A stretch of 64,000 nt of DNA from Lama guanicoe (Eukaryota). Of this stretch, positions 63,871 to 64,000 are shown one piece after another; position 1 is the first letter of the stretch; each line of letters starts with the position of its first letter. Position numbers and translations under genes: made by a program. Where the stretch lies: positions 16,508,941 to 16,572,940 of the forward strand of contig MU054187.1 in assembly GCA_013239625.1 (NCBI GenBank). The letters run 5' to 3'. The notes under the pieces were generated by a model, which worked only from the letters and a program-made list of their open reading frames with translations, was not told the origin of the DNA and did not search any database.

Positions 63871-64000
63871 CTAAAGATGTTGAAGTTATTATCCTCTACT
63901 TCCTCTTTAGATGGGCTTAAAAAGTAGGCAGTGTTTTCCTTAGATGACTCAGAGGGTTCCCAAACCCAACTGTATAATAAAGCAATGGTGGCCAAGCAAA

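Noticed and set aside
1..64000. A novel multi-gene system (defence, mobile or enzymatic)
   Set aside because: The only coding sequence I can support is two ZFHX4 exons; the remaining ORFs are short, lack domains and overlap repeats or low-complexity DNA.

Overview
This is mammalian genomic DNA, AT-rich and almost entirely intronic. It is not prokaryotic: I see no operons, CRISPR arrays, rRNA or bona fide tRNA genes. Four tRNA-Ala-derived Vic-1-type SINEs point to a camelid (alpaca, llama or camel). The window lies inside ZFHX4 (zinc finger homeobox 4) on the + strand and holds two coding exons. The first, 8004-8235 (232 nt), encodes a C-x2-C-x12-H-x5-H zinc finger. The second, 59445-59513 (69 nt), is missed by the ORF track. 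They join in frame (...NEL-E-TASLGART...) across a 51,209-bp GT-AG intron. Ancient repeats (L2, MIR, MER5A, old L1) cluster at 0-3 kb, 15.6-21 kb and 44-64 kb, while about 5-15.6 kb and 21-37.8 kb look nearly free of them and resemble conserved enhancer DNA. All other ORFs in the track are spurious or repeat relics. I found no new protein-coding system. The best leads are possible post-transcriptional control elements in the long intron: a candidate poison or terminal exon (11972-12047), a recursive-splice-site plus RS-exon arrangement (14052-14143), a (TG)17-T4-CAG cryptic acceptor resembling TDP-43-repressed sites, a (CA)15 tract behind the donor, and an inverted SINE pair. All are hypotheses from reading the sequence by eye. 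Repeat boundaries are approximate and family names come from recalled consensus sequences.
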